A stretch of DNA of 64,000 bases from Desulfobacterales bacterium (lineage in GTDB: Bacteria; Desulfobacterota; Desulfobacteria; Desulfobacterales; UBA2245): the NCBI GenBank assembly GCA_040771865.1, contig JAXGZF010000006.1, forward strand, positions 248,001 through 312,000, read 5' to 3'. Positions within the stretch are counted from its first letter, which is position 1. Each line of letters opens with the position of its first letter. The position numbers and the translations under genes were made by a program. This document shows, piece by piece, positions 11,718-22,945 of the stretch. Under the pieces are notes generated by a model. It made no database searches, was not told the DNA's origin, and was given only the letters and a program-made list of their open reading frames with translations.

Positions 11718-12758
11718 TTACGAAGCCGTCACCGCTTTTTTTCGAGTTTTTCTGGCCTTGGCCGCGTAAAGTCGCTTATCGGCGGATTTAAGCAGCGCCG
11801 CCGAATCATCGATTCCCGATTCTTCGGTACATGCCACTCCAAAACTCAGGGATACGGGAATGCTCAGATCCGCCGCCTGCATGGGATTTTTCCTGCAGAA
11901 TTTCTGAATGCGCCGCATGAGTTTTTCGGCGCTTTTCTTGTCTGTCTGAGGCAGTGCCACGATAAATTCATCCCCGGCAAACCGGCCCACCACGTCGGTT
12001 TCCCGGCACAGTTCAACCAGGCTGTCGGCCACATGCCGGAGAAGGTCATCTCCACGATCGTGTCCGTAGCGGTCGTTGACCCCCTTGAAATCATCCAGAT
12101 CGATGAAAAACATCGACAGGGGGCCGTCATATCTTCGGGCCCGGGTGAATTCCCTTTTCAGGATTGCCTCAATGACCCGACGATTCAGCAGACCGGTCAA
12201 AGGATCATGAAACGCAAGAAAGCGAAGTTTTTCATGAGCCGTAACATTGGCGATACAAAGAGACACCTTGACGCCAAGGCGTTCCAGCAGGGTTGAATCC
12301 AGATCCGGCGCAAAACGGCCCGGAGCAAAATCCGCCAGATTCAGACTCCCTACCACCTGACCATAGAGCATGATGGGCACGATGGCCATTGAACGGATTA
12401 AAAAGGTCCGGCTCGGCGGAAGCAGGGCCGCGTAGTCCTTGATGTACCGATTGATCAGAATCGGGACTCCGCTTTCGCCTGCGAGTTTAACGAATGCATT
12501 CCGGGGAACCACGGTAAGGTGTTTGCGGAGCGTATGACAGGTTTCAATGGAGTCAATAAGGTTCGACACCTCGCTCTTGTCGATCATGCATATCCAGGCC
12601 AGAGGGATCTCGAATTTTTCCTGAATTTCCTGCAGCAGACAATGGAAGAAATCATCGAATTTTAAAATGGATAAAATCCGGGTTTCCACCTCATAAAATT
12701 TGCGCGCCGCATCTTCGTTCCGTCGAAATTGCCTGAAAATTTCATCGATATCGCTCAT
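11718..12758 (-). CDS. GAF-sensor diguanylate cyclase
   Basis: HDPLTGLLNRR, DLDDFKGVND, RETD I-site, AGDEF active site; start chosen at MSDIDE. Confidence 0.9.
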   Translation of the reverse strand: MSDIDEIFRQFRRNEDAARKFYEVETRILSILKFDDFFHCLLQEIQEKFEIPLAWICMIDKSEVSNLIDSIETCHTLRKHLTVVPRNAFVKLAGESGVPILINRYIKDYAALLPPSRTFLIRSMAIVPIMLYGQVVGSLNLADFAPGRFAPDLDSTLLERLGVKVSLCIANVTAHEKLRFLAFHDPLTGLLNRRVIEAILKREFTRARRYDGPLSMFFIDLDDFKGVNDRYGHDRGDDLLRHVADSLVELCRETDVVGRFAGDEFIVALPQTDKKSAEKLMRRIQKFCRKNPMQAADLSIPVSLSFGVACTEESGIDDSAALLKSADKRLYAAKARKTRKKAVTAS

Positions 12759-13349
12759 GATGCCGACCTTCGCCCGTTGACGGTGAAATTCGATATTTGA
12801 CTTAAACTCAATACAGTTGATTCCGCTTCCGCACAGATTTTCATGGCATAAAAAGTCCGATAAGACAAGCCGTGATCGCACTCGAAACCGAAGTTCGCCG
12901 CACAAATTCGATTCCCGCTGTTGCGGCAACGTGTTCTCTGTTTTTTCAGAATGCGGCCCAGGTTGTTCAGGCGTTTCTCGGCTTGACATGAGGATGCTGT
13001 TGTCTTAAGGAATCAGCCTTGGAAAAATGCAAAAACAAAGGTTTGGTTTTCCCGGGCGGAATGGCAGGGCGTGAAAAAATGGGCCTCTTGAGGAATTGCA
13101 AAACATCGATCGATCCATTTCAAAACTCTGTCAGGGAAATTTCCATGATTCAGCGCATCTTGTTTTCCATGTCCCCTTGAGCATTATCGGGCAGGCATAC
13201 CGGGATTGCTTGTATTTTAGCAGACTCTTTAGTATTGAATACAATAGACATCGGACAGGCAAGGATTCCCTTCGTGGGAGAAAAAGCCGTCATGCCAGCG
13301 GGGCATTTGAATATCCGGTTTCAACTAACGCCTTTGTGTGCTGAACTAC

Positions 13350-15383
13350 ATGAAAAAACAAAGCGAAATCAATAAAATACGAAACATTGGCATTATCGCC
13401 CATATAGATGCCGGCAAAACCACCGTCACCGAACGAATCCTGTTCTACACGGGGCGTTCTCATAAACTGGGAGAGGTCCATGACGGCGAAGCGGTGATGG
13501 ACTGGATGCCCGATGAGCAGGAACGCGGCATCACCATTACCTCCGCGGTAACGACCTGCCAGTGGAAGGGTTCGAAAATTCAAATTATCGACACGCCGGG
13601 GCATGTGGATTTTACAATCGAGGTGGAACGCTCCCTTCGTGTTCTGGACGGCGCCATCGGCGTTTTCTGCGCGGTCGGCGGAGTGGAACCCCAGTCGGAA
13701 ACCGTGTGGCGTCAGGCCGATAAGTACCGGGTTCCCAAGATAGCCTTTATCAACAAACTGGACCGGGTGGGCGCCGACTTTTTTGGAACCGTTGAAATGA
13801 TGAAGGATCGGCTGCACGCAAATCCGCTGATCCTTCAACTGCCGATCGGGCGGGAAGACAACTTTTCCGGCGTCATCGATCTGATTCACATGAAGCAGAT
13901 TCAGTGGGACGACGATACGCTTGGCGCTACTTATACGATTGATGATATCGCTTCGGAATATCAGGAGCAGGCAATTCAATATCGGGAAAAGCTGATTGAA
14001 TCGATTGCCGAGGTCGACGATCAGGTCATGGAATCCTATCTGGCGGAAGAACCGATTTCGGAGCAAACCCTCCTCGATGCCGTTCGAGGTGCCACGCTGA
14101 AACTGAAGATGGTTCCGGTATTTTGCGGGTCCGCTCTGAAAAACAAGGGGATTCAGCCCCTGCTGGACGCCATCACGCAGTTTCTTCCCAGCCCTGTCGA
14201 TGTGCCGCCCATCAAGGGAAACCACCCGGAAACTCAGAAGGAAATCGAATGTCTTCCAAGCGATACCGCGCCCCTTGCCGCGCTGATATTCAAGGTTTCC
14301 ATGGCGGAAGGGCGAAAACTTTCCTTTGTCCGAATTTACAGCGGAAGAATGCGCGCCGGAGAATCCGTTTACAATCCGGCACTGAAAAAATACGAAAAGC
14401 TCTCAAGGATCCTTCTCATGCATGCCAACAAGCGGGAGCGGGTCGACGAGGCCGAAGCCGGGGGCATCGTCGGCGTGATCGGCTTGAAGGATTCGTCCAC
14501 CGGGGATACCCTGTGCACTTCGGCCCATCCGGTTCTTCTGGAAAAAATGGAATTTTATGAGCCCGTGATCTCGGTGGCCATCGAGCCCAAAACCCATGCC
14601 GACCAGGAAAGACTCGAGGAGGTACTGGAAAAATTCATCGCGGAAGATCCGACCCTGAAGGTCCGAAAGGACGAGGATACCGGCCAGACGCTGCTGTCCG
14701 GAATGGGGGAGCTTCACATAGAGGTGATCATCAGCCGGATGCAACGGGAGTTCAACACCTTTGTCAATGTCGGGAAACCTCAGGTGGTTTACCGGGAATC
14801 GATCGAAAGGGACTTCGAGGCTTCAGCGGTTTTTGACAAGGAGGTTTCAGGCCAGAAGCACTTTGCGGAGGTTGCAATCCGCCTCAGACCCAGAGCCCGC
14901 GGAACCGGAAATCTGTTCCGGTCTGAAATCGATTCGGAAACCATACCCCAGAATTTTATTCCGGCTGTTGAACGCGGTGTGCTTGAAGCATTTCAGAGCG
15001 GCCCCGTGCTCGGATATCCGGTAGTGGATGTGGAAGCCGTCCTCACCGGCGGTTCATACCGGGAATCCCTGGGCTCGGACCTGGCTTATACGGTCAGTGC
15101 CTCGATGGCCTGTAAAAAGGCGCTGTCAAGCGCCGAGCCCTACCTGCTGGATCCCATTATGGATGTGGAGGTTTTTGTGCCCGAGGCATTCATGGGAGAA
15201 GTCATCGGGGACCTGAATGCCCGCAGCGGAAAAATCCAGGCCATCGGATCCAGAACCGGGGTCCAGGAAGTCAAGGCAACGGTTCCGCTGGCCAAAATGT
15301 TCGGCTACTCAACGGCGCTGCGGTCGGCGACTCAGGGAAGGGCAACCTTTACCATGCAGTTTTCCCACTTCGATCGAAGATAA
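13350..15383 (+). CDS. fusA: Elongation factor G (stand-alone copy)
   Basis: [33 protein letters not shown]; no rpsL/rpsG/tuf neighbours. Confidence 0.95.
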   Translation: MKKQSEINKIRNIGIIAHIDAGKTTVTERILFYTGRSHKLGEVHDGEAVMDWMPDEQERGITITSAVTTCQWKGSKIQIIDTPGHVDFTIEVERSLRVLDGAIGVFCAVGGVEPQSETVWRQADKYRVPKIAFINKLDRVGADFFGTVEMMKDRLHANPLILQLPIGREDNFSGVIDLIHMKQIQWDDDTLGATYTIDDIASEYQEQAIQYREKLIESIAEVDDQVMESYLAEEPISEQTLLDAVRGATLKLKMVPVFCGSALKNKGIQPLLDAITQFLPSPVDVPPIKGNHPETQKEIECLPSDTAPLAALIFKVSMAEGRKLSFVRIYSGRMRAGESVYNPALKKYEKLSRILLMHANKRERVDEAEAGGIVGVIGLKDSSTGDTLCTSAHPVLLEKMEFYEPVISVAIEPKTHADQERLEEVLEKFIAEDPTLKVRKDEDTGQTLLSGMGELHIEVIISRMQREFNTFVNVGKPQVVYRESIERDFEASAVFDKEVSGQKHFAEVAIRLRPRARGTGNLFRSEIDSETIPQNFIPAVERGVLEAFQSGPVLGYPVVDVEAVLTGGSYRESLGSDLAYTVSASMACKKALSSAEPYLLDPIMDVEVFVPEAFMGEVIGDLNARSGKIQAIGSRTGVQEVKATVPLAKMFGYSTALRSATQGRATFTMQFSHFDRR

Positions 15384-16836
15384 ATTTTTCGACGAGCGGC
15401 GGTTTTCGAATCACCGGTCCATCGGAACCCGGTTCCGAAGACCTTTTCAGTTTTTCAATTTCTCGAATCAGCTTTCCGGCCTCGGCCTTCTTTTCCGGAT
15501 CCTGAAGGTCTTCAGCGGCTTTTCTTAAATGAAACAGCGCCGTCTGATAAGATTTCTGCTGATGGTAATGCTGCCCCAGAAAAAAGTGGGATAGAGGCAT
15601 GTCCCCTTTCCGTCCGTAACTTTCCCCAAGAAAATAAAAGGCGCGATCATACCGAGGATGGGTCTGGACAAGGGTTTCAAAGGCATCTGCAGCCTGGTCA
15701 ATCTTTCCAAGCTCCAGACAGGTTCTTCCCAGATAAAACATCGTGTCCGGATCCTGAGAACCGATGCCGGCCGCTCCTTCAAGCAGGCCAAGCGCATCTT
15801 CGAACCGGCCGTTCAGAAAGTAAAGCTCACCCAGCCCCTGAAGCAGATAGGGATCAAAGGCCTTTCTTTCGAGACCCCGCTTCAAGGCATCGATTGCCTG
15901 AACATGTTCGCCGACTCTGGCCAGAACCAATCCATATCCGTACCAGAGCGCCGGATTGTCGGAATGAATTTGCAGTTCGTTCTCAAACCATTTCAGAGCC
16001 GTTGTCTCGTCGGTGTATCGCCCCAGTAACCGGGCGCGGGCTCTGTCAAAGACATAGGGCTCCGCAGGCCTCACGGAGAGGGGGTTCCTGTCCAGCCAGG
16101 TGCCCACATAAGCCATTCGGTCCTCTACTGCCGGGTGGGTCATCAAATAGGTTGGAATCTGCTGGGTGCCGAACCACTGCTTGCTTCGAATCTTACCCAG
16201 CACGCTCAGAAGACCTTCGCCCGTATAACCGGCCTTTCTCAGGCACTCCAAGCCGAGTTGATCGGCCTGCATCTCGTCCTCCCGGCTGAAAGCAAGCGCA
16301 ACGGACTGGCCGGCGGCCATTGATCCAACGCCAATGGCGCTGCCGGCGGACGAGGCTCCACCAGCACCCACCAGTACGCTGGCAATTAATCCGGCCAGGG
16401 TCGCGAAACCGATTTTCTTTGACCGTTCGATCCGCTGAGAAATATGCCGGCAAAGCACATGGGCGATTTCATGGGCCAGAATTCCGGCCAGTTCCTCTTC
16501 GTTTTCCATGGCCGCCAGCAATCCGCTGTTGACGAATATGTGTCCGGCCGGACTGGCAAAAGCATTATAGACATCTTGCTTGATAACGTAGAAATGATAG
16601 GAAAATACCTGAGAGGAAAGAGACGATACGATCCGGTTGCCCACTTGGTTGACATAGTCCTGCACCATGGGGTCTTCCACCAGTTTTACCTTGTCTAAGA
16701 CCGTCTTCAAGAATTCCTTGGCCATCTCTTCTTCCCGGGATATGGTAATGGCTTCGGCAAGCGGCGCCAATCCAACCTGGAAGCAAAAAACGCCAAAACA
16801 CAAAAAAATAACTGAAAATCGGCTGAATTTTTTCAT
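15349..16836 (-). CDS. M48 metalloprotease with TPR repeats (BepA/YfgC-like)
   Basis: Signal peptide, NAFA, HEIAH, E..AD, THP; C-terminal TPRs. Confidence 0.9.
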   Translation of the reverse strand: MKKFSRFSVIFLCFGVFCFQVGLAPLAEAITISREEEMAKEFLKTVLDKVKLVEDPMVQDYVNQVGNRIVSSLSSQVFSYHFYVIKQDVYNAFASPAGHIFVNSGLLAAMENEEELAGILAHEIAHVLCRHISQRIERSKKIGFATLAGLIASVLVGAGGASSAGSAIGVGSMAAGQSVALAFSREDEMQADQLGLECLRKAGYTGEGLLSVLGKIRSKQWFGTQQIPTYLMTHPAVEDRMAYVGTWLDRNPLSVRPAEPYVFDRARARLLGRYTDETTALKWFENELQIHSDNPALWYGYGLVLARVGEHVQAIDALKRGLERKAFDPYLLQGLGELYFLNGRFEDALGLLEGAAGIGSQDPDTMFYLGRTCLELGKIDQAADAFETLVQTHPRYDRAFYFLGESYGRKGDMPLSHFFLGQHYHQQKSYQTALFHLRKAAEDLQDPEKKAEAGKLIREIEKLKRSSEPGSDGPVIRKPPLVEKFIFDRSGKTAW

Positions 16837-16959
16837 AAATATTTTAAAACCGGCCGAAGGTCGAAATGGTTTCCTTTTTGATTATATTCGAATTTTTTTG
16901 TATTTTGCCATGAACCGACGGCCTTTTCAAACACCGCTTTTTATGGTAGGTAGCTTTTT

Positions 16960-17718
16960 ATGTCAATTATTCTATGTATTGCGAACCAGAAAGGCGGCGT
17001 GGGAAAAACAACCACCGCCGTCAATCTATCAGCAGCTCTGGCCGTTTCCGGCAAACGGACCCTTCTCGTGGACTGCGATCCCCAGGGAAACGCCACCACC
17101 GGAATCGGTCTGGAAAAGTCGACGATTGAAAAGACCTTGTACCACGGCCTTATCGGCGGAGCAACCGCAAAGAGTTTGATATGCGGCACCTGTGTTGAAG
17201 AGCTTAAGATCATACCGTCTCGAATGGAACTGACCGGTTTCGAGGTGGAGATGGTTTCTCATCCCCAGCGCGAACTGGCTTTAAGAAATCTCCTGGCCGA
17301 TATCGAAAGCCTGTTTGATTACATCATTCTGGACTGCCCTCCCTCATTGAGCCTGCTGACAGTCAACGCCATGACCGCTGCGCATTTTGTCCTGATTCCG
17401 CTTCAGTGTGAATTTTACGCTCTGGAAGGTCTGGGCCAGCTGCTTCAGACGGTCAAGCGGATCAAGCGCAGTCTGAATCCTGATCTTAAAATCGCCGGCA
17501 TTCTGCTGACCATGTTTGACAAACGCACCAATCTTTCACACCAGGTTGCGGAAGATACTGAGAAGCATTTTAAAGACCGGGTATTTAAGACCATCATCCC
17601 CCGCAATGTCAAACTCGGAGAGGCGCCGAGTTACGGGATGCCGATCTTCATGTACGATTCAACATCGATGGGCGCCCGGAGTTATTTTGACCTGGCCGAA
17701 GAAATCATGCGGCACTGA
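16960..17718 (+). CDS. parA: Chromosome partitioning ATPase ParA/Soj
   Basis: NQKGGVGKTT, DPQGNAT, DCPPSL, EAPSYG. Confidence 0.96.
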   Translation: MSIILCIANQKGGVGKTTTAVNLSAALAVSGKRTLLVDCDPQGNATTGIGLEKSTIEKTLYHGLIGGATAKSLICGTCVEELKIIPSRMELTGFEVEMVSHPQRELALRNLLADIESLFDYIILDCPPSLSLLTVNAMTAAHFVLIPLQCEFYALEGLGQLLQTVKRIKRSLNPDLKIAGILLTMFDKRTNLSHQVAEDTEKHFKDRVFKTIIPRNVKLGEAPSYGMPIFMYDSTSMGARSYFDLAEEIMRH

Positions 17719-17757
17719 TCGAATAATCCCTCAACCTCCGTTAACTTAAGGCTGTCA

Positions 17758-18669
17758 ATGGACAAAGATTCAGCTTCAATTCCACAGGAACTGGAAACCG
17801 CGAAGAAAAAGAAAAGAGCCCTGGGAAGAGGGCTGGATGCGTTAATTCCGGATATCGGAGACTTGGAAGACAAAACCGCGGAGTATTTTCAGTGCAGCGT
17901 CGAGCTGATCCATCCCAACCGCTATCAGCCGCGCCGGCACTTTCCGGAAGAAGAACTGGCGGAACTGTGCCGGTCAATTCGGGAACAGGGCATCATTCAA
18001 CCGCTGATTGTCCGAAAAGACCACCGGGGATATGAGCTGGTCGCCGGAGAACGGCGCCTGCGGGCTGCTAAAATGGCCGGGCTGAATCAGGTTCCCGTTG
18101 TTGTGAAAAACGTCTCCGAAGCCCGCCTGCTGGAGCTGTCCATCATCGAAAACATTCAGCGGGAGGATCTCAACCCTCTGGAAACCGCGGAAGCCTATCA
18201 GCGTTTGATTTCTGAATTCAATCTGACCCAGGAGCAGGTCTCCGACAGAGTGGGGAAAAGTCGCTCGGCGGTTGCCAATTTTCTGCGATTGCGCCAGCTT
18301 CCCAATCCGATAAAGGAAAGCATCGTCAACCGTACGCTGAGCATGGGGCATGCCCGCGCCATACTGGGCGCCGAGACTGCGGCCCATCAGCTTGCCGCAT
18401 GGAGAACCGTCGTTTCCAAAGGTCTGTCCGTCAGGGAAACCGAGGCGTTGATCAAGCGGCTGAAAACAATCCCGACAGAACCGCAAGAACCGAAAAAAAC
18501 ATCGGAAGAAATATACCTGGAAAGCCTTGGTGAAGAACTGACCCGAAACTTCGGCACCCGTGTCCGAATTAAACGCAAAGGGAAAAAAGGCAGGGTGGAA
18601 ATTGAATTTTTCAGCAATGAGGACCTGGACCGCCTGATCAGCCTGCTGGTCAACATTCGCAACTTCTGA
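17758..18669 (+). CDS. parB: Chromosome partitioning protein ParB/Spo0J
   Basis: LGRGLDAL, QPR, GERRLRA, ENIQREDL, HTH. Confidence 0.96.
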   Translation: MDKDSASIPQELETAKKKKRALGRGLDALIPDIGDLEDKTAEYFQCSVELIHPNRYQPRRHFPEEELAELCRSIREQGIIQPLIVRKDHRGYELVAGERRLRAAKMAGLNQVPVVVKNVSEARLLELSIIENIQREDLNPLETAEAYQRLISEFNLTQEQVSDRVGKSRSAVANFLRLRQLPNPIKESIVNRTLSMGHARAILGAETAAHQLAAWRTVVSKGLSVRETEALIKRLKTIPTEPQEPKKTSEEIYLESLGEELTRNFGTRVRIKRKGKKGRVEIEFFSNEDLDRLISLLVNIRNF

Positions 18670-18705
18670 CTCCCTGAACCCAGGACTTTACCGCTTCAAA
18701 TCTTT

Positions 18706-19539
18706 ATGGAAATACTGCTCGCCAAAACCGCCGGATTCTGCATGGGAGTCAGCCGGGCCGTGGAACTGGCGCTGAATCTTCCCCGGCGTTTTAAGGGGCC
18801 GTTTTACACTTACGGGTCCTTGATTCACAATCCCCAGGTCTTGAGTCTGCTGGAAGAAAAAGGAATATCCGCGATCGACGAGATCCCTGAACGCGGTGAG
18901 GGCACCCTTTTAATCCGCGCCCATGGCATTCCGCCGCAGGCCAAAGCCCGCCTGGAGAAAGCCGGATTCAATGTTCTGGACGCCACCTGTCCCCGTGTGA
19001 TCAAGGTACAGACCATCATTTCGCATCATTCCCGCCAGGGGTACGCCTCCATCATCATCGGAGACCGGAATCATCCGGAGGTGATCGGCCTTCAGGGGTT
19101 TGCCGGAGAAAATGCCTATGTCGTAGACAACATCAAAGATCTAAGCAAACTGCCTGTGTTTCGAAACGCTATCATCGTTGCCCAGACCACCCAGAACACA
19201 CTGTTTTTTGAAAGCATAAAAAGCTGGGCCGAAGCATGCTTCCCGCATTACAAGATCTTTGATACGATCTGCGATTCAACCGCCAAACGGCAGGAAGAGG
19301 TCAAACAGCTGGCCTGTTCAGTGGATGCGGTGGTTGTAGTGGGGGGATACAACAGCGGGAATACGAAACGGCTTGCCGAAATTGTCCGTCAGCAGGGAAA
19401 GCCCGCTTTTCATATCGAAACGGAAAACGAATTGGATCTCAACGGGTTGAAATCGTTTCGGCGCATCGGTCTGACTGCTGGCGCGTCGACTCCGAACTGG
19501 ATCATCAAGGAAATTCGGCGGGCGATCGAAAATCTTTAA
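18706..19539 (+). CDS. ispH: HMBPP reductase
   Basis: GFCMGV, DATCP, TICDST, TAGASTP. Confidence 0.96.
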   Translation: MEILLAKTAGFCMGVSRAVELALNLPRRFKGPFYTYGSLIHNPQVLSLLEEKGISAIDEIPERGEGTLLIRAHGIPPQAKARLEKAGFNVLDATCPRVIKVQTIISHHSRQGYASIIIGDRNHPEVIGLQGFAGENAYVVDNIKDLSKLPVFRNAIIVAQTTQNTLFFESIKSWAEACFPHYKIFDTICDSTAKRQEEVKQLACSVDAVVVVGGYNSGNTKRLAEIVRQQGKPAFHIETENELDLNGLKSFRRIGLTAGASTPNWIIKEIRRAIENL

Positions 19540-19603
19540 CAAGACTATAGCTTGTTATTTTTTCATTCATCAATTCATCAAGGCAAGATCGCTTTCAATA
19601 AGT

Positions 19604-20242
19604 CTATCGAGCCTTTTTTTGCGGGAATCTGAATTCCGGCTCGACGCCGGCAATGATTCTCGTAATATTGTCCCTGTGGCGAATCCAGATGAACACTGCG
19701 GCAATCAGAGCCCATCCGGTTATGGCGAAAGACCGGTACACCATCCACGCGGCAAACGGCAAAACCGCCGAAGCGGCCAGTGAACTCACAGAAGCGCGCC
19801 GGAATACCACAACCGCGGTAATATAAACCACCGCAGCCAGGCCCAGTGCCTTTGGCGCGAGCGCCAAAAACCCACCGGCCGCCGTTGCGACACCCTTGCC
19901 GCCGAATTTGAATCCGCTGTAAACGGGAAACAGGTGACCGAAAAATGCAGCGGCGGCAATCGAAATCCCCCAGTATTGCCTGCCGATGTTTTCACTATCC
20001 GTCAGTGCGAAGAAAATCCATACCGGCAATGCCGCCTTGAGCATGTCAGCGGCCAGCGTCATGGCGCCAAGCTTTGCGCCGGCCGTCCGGGCGACATTGG
20101 CAGCTCCGATGTTTCGGCTGCCGCCCCGCCTCAAATCCACGGAACTCAGGCAACGGGTAAAGACGATTCCCCATGAGACGGATCCTATCAGATATGCCCC
20201 GAGCATCAATCCTGCGCCGACAAGAACTTCATTCACCAGCAT
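19604..20242 (-). CDS. plsY: Glycerol-3-phosphate acyltransferase
   Basis: GSRNIGAANV, GHLFP..GGKGVAT, RHRDNI. Confidence 0.94.
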   Translation of the reverse strand: MLVNEVLVGAGLMLGAYLIGSVSWGIVFTRCLSSVDLRRGGSRNIGAANVARTAGAKLGAMTLAADMLKAALPVWIFFALTDSENIGRQYWGISIAAAAFFGHLFPVYSGFKFGGKGVATAAGGFLALAPKALGLAAVVYITAVVVFRRASVSSLAASAVLPFAAWMVYRSFAITGWALIAAVFIWIRHRDNITRIIAGVEPEFRFPQKKAR

Positions 20243-20355
20243 ATCGTATTTCCTTTGAGCTTCGGGATGCATCGGCTTGACGAAAGCGCTCCCGGTTGGT
20301 ATTCAAATAAATATATGAAACGAAGTCGCTTATCAAGCACCAACAAATCATTCCC

Positions 20356-20655
20356 ATGCACCCTGTCACACAGGCGGCTGCTGTGAAGAACCTCATACGC
20401 ATTCCCATCGAAGACACGCTGGATCTTCATACATTTCAAGCCTCCGAGGTGCCGTCTCTTCTTGAGGATTATTTTTCCGAATGTGTTCGGGGAAAAATTT
20501 TTCAGGTTCGCATCATCCACGGAAAAGGAAGCGGAATGCTGAAACGGCGGGTCCATTCGGTCCTGAGTGCTTCAAAAATGGTTGAAGCGTTTTCTGATGC
20601 TCCGCCCGAGGCTGGCGGATGGGGAGCCACCCTCGTTACGCTCAAATGTCCGTAA
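20356..20655 (+). CDS. Smr/MutS2 C-terminal domain protein
   Basis: LDLH, IIHGKGSG, GGWGAT. Confidence 0.9.
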   Translation: MHPVTQAAAVKNLIRIPIEDTLDLHTFQASEVPSLLEDYFSECVRGKIFQVRIIHGKGSGMLKRRVHSVLSASKMVEAFSDAPPEAGGWGATLVTLKCP

Positions 20656-20677
20656 CCTCGAAGGAGGAAAAATCCTT

Positions 20678-21148
20678 ATGAAAATTTGGAAATACCTCTC
20701 TCCGGAAAACATTTTCCTGGATCTTGCGCTTTCCAGTAAAGACGGAATTTTGCGCTATGTGGCGGAAGCCTGCCAACATGCCGGTATTGTACAAAATTCC
20801 GGGCCCATTTATCAGGGACTGGTCTTACGGGAGAATTTGATGAGCACCGGAGTGGGCGGCGGCATCGGTCTTCCCCATACGACCTGCGACGATGTCGAAG
20901 ACGCCGCGGTTATGCTGATACGGCCGGCCAGGGCGGTCGATTTCGAAGCCATCGACAACGTTCCTGTCGATATCGTTCTGGCGCTGATCATTCCGGAAAG
21001 CAACCGCTCTCTTCATCTCAGAATTCTGGCGGGAATATCCAGACTTTGCAAAAATGTGGATTTCCTGAAAGCGGTACGGACCGAAACAGACGCAAAAAAG
21101 CTTCGAGATGCCATCGAAAATATCGAAAATCAGATGGCCTTTCATTGA
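20678..21148 (+). CDS. PTS IIA (Fru/Ntr-type) domain protein
   Basis: RENLMSTGVGGGIGLPH phospho-His motif, FEAIDNVPV; AAGGAGG RBS. Confidence 0.9.
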   Translation: MKIWKYLSPENIFLDLALSSKDGILRYVAEACQHAGIVQNSGPIYQGLVLRENLMSTGVGGGIGLPHTTCDDVEDAAVMLIRPARAVDFEAIDNVPVDIVLALIIPESNRSLHLRILAGISRLCKNVDFLKAVRTETDAKKLRDAIENIENQMAFH

Positions 21149-21166
21149 GAGGCCGAGGGTGCAACC

Positions 21167-21577
21167 GTGAATCTGCTGGTCGTGATAATCAATGAAGAAG
21201 AACTGCTCGACGAGCTGATCACCGGATGGCTGGACCTGGGCGTCACCGGCGCAACGGTGATTGAAAGCACGGACTCTCTCCAGTTCATCAGTCATCACGT
21301 TCCGATCTTTGCCGGATTCAGGGCACTGACCAGCGGCGGTATGCGGCACAACAAAACGATTTTTACCGTCATCGAAACGCCCCACATCCTCGATGAAGCC
21401 GTTGCCTTTCTGGAAGCGCTTTGCTGCAAGGCCGGGGCACCGCATCAGGGAGTCTATTTCGTTATGTCTCTGGATCGGTTCAACCGGCTGGGCCGGGAAA
21501 TCGATGACGGCGAACAACAGCGCCATGTGGAAAAAAAGATCGGCCGGCCCATAAAGGGAAAACACGAGCACACTTGA
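21167..21577 (+). CDS. PII-like (GlnB superfamily) protein
   Basis: LLVVIIN...GVTGATVIES...NKTIFTVI...G.YFV pattern of the PII-like fold. Confidence 0.7.
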   Translation: MNLLVVIINEEELLDELITGWLDLGVTGATVIESTDSLQFISHHVPIFAGFRALTSGGMRHNKTIFTVIETPHILDEAVAFLEALCCKAGAPHQGVYFVMSLDRFNRLGREIDDGEQQRHVEKKIGRPIKGKHEHT

Positions 21578-21601
21578 GCACCGTTTGCAGACGGATTGCC
21601 T

Positions 21602-22945
21602 CTACCGGGTTCCTGCCTCGTTGACACGTTCCAGGGCAATTTTGAACAGTATTGGACCAACGAGTTGATTCACAGCGATGGCCGCCAGAACCATCGTTGT
21701 CAGATAAATGCCTATTTCTGGAAACTGGCGTTGAGCCAGTTGGGCAAGGCCGATAGCAACTCCGGCCTGCGTCAGATAAGACATCCAGGCATTATGTAGA
21801 TGAGGCGAAGGATCGCGGTTGATTCTGCCCGCTGTCCAAGCGGCCCCCCAGATTCCCAGCCCTCTAATTGCCACCAAAAACAGTGCCATTGGCCAGCACG
21901 CTTTAAAGGCGTTCAAGTCCAGAGACGCGCCTGCCAGGGAAAAAAACAGCACAAAGACCGGCAGTGCCGCCCGATCAAGACTTTCCATGAATTGAAATCC
22001 GGCGTGTCCGAAATTCTGAACAACAAATCCCGCGCTCATGCAGATCAGCAGCGGCTCCAGATGCAGGGCCAGTTGAAAATTTGCCAGCATGAAACCGCCG
22101 AGCCACTGAGATATCTTGGTTACGGCGAACCCGGTCAACAGCAGAAACAAGGTCAGATCATGCCCAGCCCGTGAGATATAAAATGAAATTCCCAGGCCGA
22201 TTAATGCTCCAGTCACAAGAGAAACGAGAATTTCGCCGCACAGTGCAATCAGGGTGCTAAAATTTCCGGGTCCACCGTAAAAAAACATCTGAATCGCCGT
22301 CATGGCCAGAGTGAAGAGCACGATAATAATGACGTCGATAACGATCGTCACACCGAGAACGGTTTCGGTAAACGGTCCCGATGCCCGGCATTCGCTGATG
22401 ACGGCAATCGCCGAGGAGGGCGACCTCGCTATGGCGACCACGCCCAGAAGCACAGCCAAAGAAATTATGTGAAGCCGGCTCAGGTGAGCCGTAAACCCAA
22501 AACAGGAGCTACAGATCCAGACGGCGCCGAAAACCGATGAAAATACAATAACGGTTTGCAATATCACGTTGAGGAATATCGACCGGAAACGCTCTCCGAG
22601 AGCTTTAACATGAAGAGCGCCTCCTGCTGAAAGCGCAATAAAGCTCAACGCCAGATCATCGAACAGTTTCAGGTTTTCGGTCATTTCCCGGGTCAGGAAA
22701 CCACTGACAAATGGTCCGACCAGAATGCCGGCGACCACATAGCCGCTGATCAGCGGCATACGAAAAGTGTTGAACACTCGTCCGCTCATATAAGCGGCAA
22801 GCAACACAAAGCCCAGAGTGAAATCCGCCAAGCCCGCCCGTTGCCAGCTGGAATTCGGATCCATAGTTTTGATCCACAGGGCCGAAACAACCAGAAGGCA
22901 CATAATGACGCCGTTGAGAATAACATCTTTGACTTGTTTTCTCAT
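21602..22945 (-). CDS. Cation:proton antiporter (CPA2-like)
   Basis: About 13 TM helices; SPSSAIAVI, FFSLAGASL, QAGVAIGL, NQLVGP. Confidence 0.85.
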   Translation of the reverse strand: MRKQVKDVILNGVIMCLLVVSALWIKTMDPNSSWQRAGLADFTLGFVLLAAYMSGRVFNTFRMPLISGYVVAGILVGPFVSGFLTREMTENLKLFDDLALSFIALSAGGALHVKALGERFRSIFLNVILQTVIVFSSVFGAVWICSSCFGFTAHLSRLHIISLAVLLGVVAIARSPSSAIAVISECRASGPFTETVLGVTIVIDVIIIVLFTLAMTAIQMFFYGGPGNFSTLIALCGEILVSLVTGALIGLGISFYISRAGHDLTLFLLLTGFAVTKISQWLGGFMLANFQLALHLEPLLICMSAGFVVQNFGHAGFQFMESLDRAALPVFVLFFSLAGASLDLNAFKACWPMALFLVAIRGLGIWGAAWTAGRINRDPSPHLHNAWMSYLTQAGVAIGLAQLAQRQFPEIGIYLTTMVLAAIAVNQLVGPILFKIALERVNEAGTR

